Assembly (NCBI RefSeq): GCF_000091665.1
Contig: NC_000909.1
Coordinates: 1-32,000 of the forward strand
DNA from: Methanocaldococcus jannaschii DSM 2661
GTDB taxonomy: Archaea; AGJL01; Methanococci; Methanococcales; Methanocaldococcaceae
Direction: 5' to 3'
Length of the DNA: 32,000 nt
The translations under genes were made by a program, and so were the position numbers. Shown here piece after piece: positions 26,106 through 32,000 of the stretch. How positions within the stretch are numbered: position 1 is the stretch's first letter; each line of letters opens with the position of its first letter. Below the pieces are notes generated by a model that saw only the letters and a program-made list of their open reading frames with translations, made no database searches and was not told where the DNA came from.

Positions 26106-27122
26106 TTAAACCACCTCAATAGTAAATCCATTGCAATTATTTTCTTTATATTCTTTAATCTCAAAATCTACATCCAAAAAGTGTTTAACAACCCACATGT
26201 TTGTTTTTGTATGATTGGTTATCTCTGAAACCCCCACTATTCCTTTACCAAAAGCTAAGAATGGGATTATTTGGTCTCCCATATATTTATCTAAAGCCAT
26301 CCCACTTTCCCTCTCCTTTAATAACTCATTAACCGCCCTTTCAGCAACAATCTCCGCCCTTAACCCTTTCTCTCCTAAACAACTTCCCCCTAAAGTATCG
26401 TTCCATAAAACTATCCCTGCTCCAGTAGAAATACCCTTTGAACATTCTATTTTTATATTGGGCAGAAGTTTTTCTTTGTTTAATAAATCAACTGCCTTTT
26501 TTCTCATTCTTCTTGCTATACTCTCATCTAAATTTTGCACATAGCTAATTCCTTCAACTAAGTTACTTTTAGAATGTTCTATTAAATCAAATTTTTTAAT
26601 TTTTGAAGGCTTTACTTCAAAAATAACCTCTCCTCCGCCTTCTGGATAAAATCCTCTTTTTAAAACTTTTAGCTCTGTCAATACTCCAAAATTTCTAAGA
26701 ATTTTTAAGGTTACATTTTTTACATAATCAATTGGTGGGGCTCTTTTGACATCAGTCCCTCCCTTTATTTTTACAGTGAATTTTTTGTTAATTCCTAATG
26801 ATAATGGGAGGAGAGTTTGTATAACCAAAGATATGCTCCCAGCAGTTCCAATATCAATTGTAAAATCCTTTGGAGATAATTTTGAAGGTATAAAAGTTAA
26901 TTCTTCTGAGCCAACGTTTAATCCAAAAACTTCAGCATTGCAAAGCTTTTTTACTGCTTTAACTGCAGATACATGTTGAGGAGCTAAACCTTTATTCTTT
27001 CTCTTTTTCCTTATGTTAATAATTTTTACTGGTTTTTGAGTTAAAGCTGATAAAGAAACAGCAGTTCTTATAATCTGCCCTCCTCCTTCTAAGTAACTTC
27101 CATCAATAACAATAAAATCCAT
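26106..27122 (-). CDS. rtcA: RNA 3'-terminal phosphate cyclase
   Basis: 338 aa. '[23 protein letters not shown]' is present, and the conserved His region is 'DQIIPFLA...'. The stop directly abuts the archease start. Confidence 0.9.
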
Positions 27123-27133
27123 CTCATCACCAA

Positions 27134-27961
<828 letters not shown>

Positions 27962-27982
27962 TTATTATTTAATAAGGTATTG

Positions 27983-28005
27983 ATAAAAGCCCAAAGGGCT
28001 TTTAT
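27983..28005 (-). terminator. 10-bp stem / AAA-loop hairpin (ataaaagccc-aaa-gggcttttat) just after the archaeosortase-family gene stop
   Basis: Perfect hairpin in a 59-nt intergenic gap. There is no strong oligo-T tract, so a terminator role is only a guess. Confidence 0.3.
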
Positions 28006-28017
28006 ATTACTTCCTAT

Positions 28018-28572
28018 TTATAAGTGGGATTTATTTGATGAGTGTCTATATTTTTCAATAATTTTTAAATAACCTATAACCAATACTGGAACTAACGTTA
28101 ATATAACCCCATATCCCGCAATTTCATGATATAGATAAGAACTCTCCGGATGCATATTTACCAAATAGCAAATCAATACAATCCTAAAAATATTTACAAA
28201 AAATGCTAACAATACAAAAAAGATTCCAATTATAAACTCTTTAATGTTTTTTGAATAAACAATAATTAGAGCTAAAAGTCCAGCAATTAAAAAACTTCCT
28301 GTGCATTCTTCAACCACTTCAACAGTGTTGTTTGGCAAATATATAAAATTATCTGCCAATCTTGCATCTGAAATAATTATTTTTGTAAATATGTAGCTTA
28401 GATATGTAACAATTCCTATTAAATATTTTCCAAAATAGCTTAAAATAAAAAACACTACTAAAAATATAATATAAAACTTTATCAAAAACAAAATTTTTTC
28501 TTTTTTACTCAATTTACCATTTGTGAATGTATCCTCCACCATAAAATTCCTCTCCATCAATAAACTGCCCAT
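28018..28572 (-). CDS. Exosortase/archaeosortase-family membrane protein (short form)
   Basis: 184 aa and polytopic. The family's Cys/Arg/His signature occurs in order: 'VEECTGSF', 'FVNIFRIV', 'YLYHEIAGYG'. The 5' end overlaps the thiL 3' end by up to 59 nt. Confidence 0.7.
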   Translation of the reverse strand: MGSLLMERNFMVEDTFTNGKLSKKEKILFLIKFYIIFLVVFFILSYFGKYLIGIVTYLSYIFTKIIISDARLADNFIYLPNNTVEVVEECTGSFLIAGLLALIIVYSKNIKEFIIGIFFVLLAFFVNIFRIVLICYLVNMHPESSYLYHEIAGYGVILTLVPVLVIGYLKIIEKYRHSSNKSHL

Positions 28573-29473
28573 CTTCTATAATTTTACCGATTTTATAAAT
28601 CTTTGAATAGCCTTTTAGTGAATCTTTCACTTTATTAAATTTAGATGTTGTGAATAAAAGCTCAAACTCCTCTCCACTATTTAGAGCAACTTTTATGGGG
28701 TTTAAATTAAAGGCATCACAAAATTCAATGACATCTTCTGGAATAAGCTTAAAAATCCTATCACTGTATATCTCAAAATTTTTGAAATAAGTAATTTCCT
28801 TTCCCAAACCGTCTGAGATGTCACAACAACCATTTATGAGTTTATTCATTAATAGCCCTTCTTTAATCCTTGCAATAGGTTTTCTTAATTTTTCAATAAT
28901 CTTTGGATATTTCTGGCAGAGTCTTTCAAACTCTTTGTAGCTAATTTTGTTCTCTTTAAGCATATAATATAGAGTTAAAGCACAATAAACCCTACCTAAA
29001 TCATTAGTTACACAGATATCATCCCCAACTTTCCCTCTCCTATATATAGGATTGTCAGTTATTCCAAAGGCAGTTCCTGATAATATGAGCTCATCTCCCC
29101 TATTTGTATCCCCACCAACCACTGGGCAGTCATAAAGCTTAGAAAAATCATCTAAGCCAGAATAAAGCTCTTTAATAAACTTCTCATTTGCTTCTTCCTT
29201 AGATAGGGATATCGATACTAAAAATGCCAATGGCTTGGCTCCCATAGATGCAATATCTGAAACATTGGCGGTTAAAATTCTCCCTCCAATTTCATATGGG
29301 GATAATATAGAAGGGATATGGGCTTTTTTAACCATCATGTCTGTTGTAGCAACTAAATAAAAATTTTCATCAATTTTTATAATTGCACAGTCATCATCAA
29401 TGCCTTTTACAATATTTTCATTAGAAAACTTTAGAGTTTTTTTGATTATTTCAATTACTTTCATCTCGTCCAT
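28514..29473 (-). CDS. thiL: Thiamine-monophosphate kinase (AIR-synthase-related fold)
   Basis: 319 aa with 'DDCAII', 'LVATTDMMV' and 'GGRILTANVSDIASMGAKP', typical of ThiL/PurM-like proteins. Confidence 0.85.
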   Translation of the reverse strand: MDEMKVIEIIKKTLKFSNENIVKGIDDDCAIIKIDENFYLVATTDMMVKKAHIPSILSPYEIGGRILTANVSDIASMGAKPLAFLVSISLSKEEANEKFIKELYSGLDDFSKLYDCPVVGGDTNRGDELILSGTAFGITDNPIYRRGKVGDDICVTNDLGRVYCALTLYYMLKENKISYKEFERLCQKYPKIIEKLRKPIARIKEGLLMNKLINGCCDISDGLGKEITYFKNFEIYSDRIFKLIPEDVIEFCDAFNLNPIKVALNSGEEFELLFTTSKFNKVKDSLKGYSKIYKIGKIIEDGQFIDGEEFYGGGYIHKW

Positions 29474-29549
29474 TTTTAGCCCCTCTAATTAGAATAAAAG
29501 AAGTTTTTTATGACTTTTCTTTATTAGTTGATAAATAAAAAAAGGAAAA

Positions 29550-29610
29550 GTGGCATCAGCCGGCTTGCTACTCATCATAACTCAGACGGGGATAAACGTC
29601 ATCATCTGCC
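29550..29610 (-). ncRNA. C/D-box sRNA (2'-O-methylation guide)
   Basis: The minus strand reads GGCAG-AUGAUGA(C)-CGUUUAUCCCCGU-CUGA(D')-GUUA-UGAUGA(C')-GUAGCAAGCCGG-CUGA(D)-UGCCAC. The terminal stem is GGCA/UGCC. A TATA-like tttaaataaa lies about 25-30 nt upstream. Confidence 0.85.
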
Positions 29611-29852
29611 AAATAAATACTCTTAGCGTTACATTTATTTAAATCTTTTTAGAGTATGGTAATATCTATTTATAATATTTTATTCGATTAATAATACAAA
29701 AAATTGATTTTTAACATATCCAAAAACCTAAATCCCTATATTGGCATTTTTAAAGAGATATTAGCTTATATAAGCTTATATAAAACAACCTAATGATAGT
29801 TGATTAAACAAATATCTCTTTTCAATGTTTTATTACTTTGGAGGTGAATTTT

Positions 29853-31085
29853 GTGACCAATAGAATAGAAATTGCCCCTACAACCAGGCATGAAGGACAC
29901 GCCAAATTAATTTTAGAGGTTGATGAGGAGGGAATTGTAAATAAAGCATACTATTTAAACACAACCCCAGTTAGAGGATTCGAAACAATGTTAAAGGGCA
30001 AGCCAGCAGAGTTTGCTCCAATAGCAGTGATGAGAATCTGTGGAATCTGTCAAACCACACACGGAATTGCCTCCTGTGAAGCTATAGAAAACGCTATTGA
30101 CTGTGAAGTTCCAGATGATGGTTTGCTATTAAGGGAGTTAGTAGGAATTGGAAATAGATTGCACTCCCACCCATTACACCACCTATTGACAATTGACGAC
30201 TTCTTAAAACCAGATGAGACAGATTTAAAAATTGAACTAATAAAATTAATCCAAAGAATGAGAAAGGTTGGACAATTAGTTGTAGATATTGTAGGAGGAG
30301 AAGGAATCCACCCACCAAACATTGTAATTGGTGGAATGAGAACAAACATAACAGAGAGAGCTAAATCAAGACTATACTATGCATTAAGACAGTATGAAAA
30401 AGATGCCTATGAGTTGTATGAGAAATACACTGAATTAATTGAAAGATACTTAGAAGAGATTGGAATCCCAGACTTAGGAGCTCATGAATATCCATATATA
30501 GCAACTCACACAACATACGGAGACAGATATGCAATAAACTGGGATGATGTAACTGAAATTCCAGCCCAAAGATACTACGATGATGAAGAAGCTAAACAAA
30601 CAACAACAATCCAAATTCCTTTATATGCTGGAGTTCCTGCTGAAGGAGGGCCAAGAGCAAGAATGGTCAAGTTTGGTAATTTCAGAGAAGGAGGAAGTGC
30701 AATGGATATAAATATAGCAAGAGCTCAAGAGAACCTTGGAGCTGTTTATAGAGCTTTAGAGATTTTAGATGAACTCGACTTAAACGGAAAAACAAGAGCT
30801 GAGGTAGAATATAAAGATGGCTTTGGAATAGGGGTTCATGAAGCTCCAAGAGCTACAAACACACACATGGCAGAAGTTGGAAAGGATGGAAAAATTAAGA
30901 GCTATAGAATTATAGCGGCATCAACATGGAACTTCCCAATTGTTGAAAAGGCAATTGAAGGCTATCCACAGCAGTATGCTGAAGTCATAATGAGAGCTTA
31001 TGATATATGAGCTTCATGTGCAACACACGTTATAGTTAAAGATGAAGAGACAAAAGAGATTATAGAAGTTAGAAAAATGTTATAA
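29853..31085 (+). CDS. fruA: F420-reducing [NiFeSe] hydrogenase alpha subunit; selenocysteine encoded by TGA at 31008-31010
   Basis: The N-terminal Ni-binding motif is 'RICGICQTTH'. The track ORF stops at TGA 31008, but the frame continues as ...MRAYDI-U-ASCATHVIVKDEETKEIIEVRKML to TAA 31083-31085. This completes the C-terminal D-x-(C/U)-x-x-C-x-x-H motif and the protease-cleaved tail. The likely start is GTG 29853, six nt after RBS GGAGGTGA; the track uses the in-frame TTG at 29838. Confidence 0.9.
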
Positions 31086-31119
31086 GCCTCGAGGGGAACC
31101 CGAAAGGGACCCGAGAGGC
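31086..31119 (+). promoter_or_regulatory. Archaeal-type SECIS element in the fruA 3' UTR
   Basis: GCCUCGAGGGGAACCCGAAAGGGACCCGAGAGGC is a GC-rich two-helix hairpin. The outer helix is GCCUC/GAGGC and the apical helix is CCC-GAAA-GGG. It has the asymmetric GAA/A internal loop and starts directly after the stop codon. Confidence 0.8.
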
Positions 31120-31121
31120 AT

Positions 31122-31216
31122 AACAGGACTTTCGCAGGAATAAATATTCAATGGAATATAGACATCCAAAGATGTCAAAGTTCCAAAGTGCATATATAAA
31201 CTGCGAAAGTCCTGTT
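31122..31216. repeat. 95-bp palindromic intergenic element: perfect 16-bp outer inverted repeat plus a central hairpin; the right arm forms part of a TATA-proximal module
   Basis: The outer arms are aacaggactttcgcag (31122-31137) and ctgcgaaagtcctgtt (31201-31216). The central hairpin is gacatc-caaa-gatgtc (31161-31176). A TATA-like atatataaa lies at 31192-31200. Confidence 0.8.
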
Positions 31217-31254
31217 TCTTTGGAAGCTTAAATTAAACCCTTAAAAAACTTAAA

Positions 31255-31806
31255 ATGAATGAAACCATGAAGGCAGAGATAGAAAGCCAAGATGATGAAT
31301 TGTTTGATTTAACCCCTTCATATTTAAAAAAAGAGATTATGGTCTTAGCTTGTGGTAATATACTATTTGCCGATGATGGCTTTAGCGTTCATGTCATTGA
31401 AAAATTAAACAAAATCTTAACTGACAAAGAAAAACAAAAAATTGCCTTAGTTGATGCTGGAGCTGGAGCCCCTCAGCAAGTTTTAACATTAATAGATGAA
31501 AACTCTAAAACAAAAAAAATAATTGTTGTTGATGTAATTGATTGGGGAATAAAACCAGGAGAAATAAAAATAATTGAGAAGGATGAGCTTCCAAATCCAA
31601 AATATCATAGATTAGATTCTCATGACTGGCCTTTAGCTCCTTTATTAAGGGAAGTTGCTGAAAAATATAATATAGAGGTTAAAGTTGTCGGCTGTCAAGC
31701 CAAGTATATTTCTGAGCCAGATGTTTATATTGGGTTGAGTGAAGAGGTTGAAAAAGCCGTTGATAAGGCAGTTGAGATAATTCTTAGAGAGTTGAGAGGT
31801 GATTAA
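31255..31806 (+). CDS. fruD: F420-reducing hydrogenase delta subunit / maturation endopeptidase (FrhD family)
   Basis: 183 aa. '[18 protein letters not shown]' and 'DSHDW' are typical of HycI/FrhD-type hydrogenase maturation proteases. It sits between the alpha and gamma subunit genes. The start may be an internal ATG (31267). Confidence 0.85.
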
Positions 31807-31807
31807 A

Positions 31808-32000
31808 GTGGTTAAAGTTGCTCATGTTCAATTATGCAGTTGTTGCGGTTGCTTAGTGTCTTTAGCAGACACATATGAAAAGCTTTTAGATGTTTTGAAT
31901 TCAATTGAGTTGGTTTATTGTCAAACTTTAGCAGATGCAAGAGAAATTCCTGAATGCGATATTGCTTTAGTTGAAGGCTCTGTCTGTTTAGATGACCACC
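31808..32000 (+). CDS. fruG: F420-reducing hydrogenase gamma (small) subunit, 5' part; continues beyond the window
   Basis: A GTG start lies 1 nt after the fruD stop. Hand translation gives [64 protein letters not shown], the typical small-subunit N-terminus with a CxxCGC cluster motif. Confidence 0.85.

Noticed and set aside
29484-29493. 'tctaattaga' upstream of thiL as a fifth copy of the TATTAGA-N3-TCTAATA operator.
   Set aside because: The half-sites are in the opposite (everted) order with no spacer, so the geometry differs. A 10-bp AT-rich palindrome is easily produced by chance in this genome.

Overview
Strongly AT-rich archaeal chromosomal segment. From gene content and the 30-nt CRISPR repeat ATTAAAATCAGACCGTTTCGGAATGGAAAT I recognise it as Methanocaldococcus, jannaschii-like; this is recognition from memory, not a database search. 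Layout, left to right: (1) An AT-rich leader and a 26-repeat CRISPR array (378-2127) with no cas genes in the window. (2) An aminotransferase/nucleotidyltransferase operon and a decayed YeeE/YedE-like gene. (3) The most interesting block (4911-13462): a BcrAD/HgdC-type ATPase activase, an HgdB/double-cubane-type Fe-S protein, an FrhB/FdhB-like F420-type subunit, a half-length FdhA-like molybdopterin protein, and a tight four-gene operon (TIM-barrel, PP-loop-like, ApgM-like phosphomutase, DUF3343-like S/Se-carrier protein). Four copies of a 17-bp palindrome, TATTAGA-N3-TCTAATA, sit in its promoter regions. (4) A mobile-element graveyard (13400-17457): an IS607-type tnpA plus stop-interrupted tnpB with a structured omega-RNA-like 3' region, remnants of a sugar kinase/gmhB pair, a decayed IS4/IS5-like transposase, and an intact IS6-family element with perfect 16-bp TIRs. 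(5) A 524-aa protein with a class III (type IV pilin-like) signal peptide and a beta-helix-like repeat body. (6) Housekeeping genes: gatE, gatD, a radical SAM protein, cbiD, archease-rtcA-NOL1/NOP2/Sun methyltransferase, a short archaeosortase-family protein and thiL. (7) The start of the selenium-type F420-reducing hydrogenase operon. fruA reads through an in-frame TGA (selenocysteine) that the ORF track treats as a stop, and a 3'-UTR SECIS hairpin follows it. Two canonical C/D-box sRNAs lie on the minus strand upstream of gatD and thiL. I recognised no tRNA or rRNA genes.
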